A DNA stretch of 64,000 nt from Eledone cirrhosa. Its lineage: Eukaryota. The stretch lies in NCBI GenBank assembly GCA_964016885.1, contig OZ024740.1, forward strand, positions 404,488,001 to 404,552,000, in the 5' to 3' direction. How positions within the stretch are numbered: the first letter of the stretch is position 1; every line of letters starts with the position of its first letter. The notes beneath the pieces were generated by a model. It made no database searches, was not told the origin of the DNA, and saw only the letters and a program-made list of their open reading frames with translations. The translations under genes and the position numbers were made by a program. Positions 63,831 to 64,000 of the stretch are shown here, piece by piece.

Positions 63831-64000
63831 TAACTGTAAATTGGTAATGCAGGTAAGAATGTGCAGCTAGTGATTAGTTAGCCTTCTATATTCAGTTCAA
63901 TCCTTCTTTTCAATATTTGTGAGGAATGTTTACTTGAGATTCAAACATAACTTTGTATTGACTTTCTTGAAGTTTATTTTATCTGATTAACTTGGGTTGC

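Overview
AT-rich, intron-rich animal genomic DNA. The microsatellites and SINE/RTE repeat families point to an octopus or other coleoid cephalopod; this is an inference from the repeats, not a database match. Three spliced genes can be reconstructed with GT-AG junctions in consistent phase. (1) The last three coding exons of an EF-hand protein, probably LRRC74A-like (+, 2321-7787). (2) A complete six-exon NDUFS8, the complex I 2x[4Fe-4S] subunit (-, 42815-24948, 208 aa). (3) The first six exons of DDX52/ROK1 (+, 43358 to beyond 62633), head-to-head with NDUFS8, with 542 bp between the start codons. Most of the rest is transposon-derived. There are four near-identical young RTE LINE copies whose single ORF carries a C4HC3 PHD finger inserted inside the reverse transcriptase. 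There are also older RTE, CR1 and Vingi-like fossils, tRNA-headed CORE-type and Meta-like SINEs, Helitrons, TTAA piggyBac-type MITEs, a deleted mariner and two solo LTRs ending TG...TA. The most interesting signals are the PHD-in-RT LINE family, its 3' modules shared with a mosaic SINE, and repeated fold-back or templated structures at insertion junctions that would put long dsRNA into housekeeping pre-mRNAs. No CRISPR array, rRNA, true tRNA gene or prokaryotic DNA is seen. Repeat boundaries and identities were judged by eye and are approximate.
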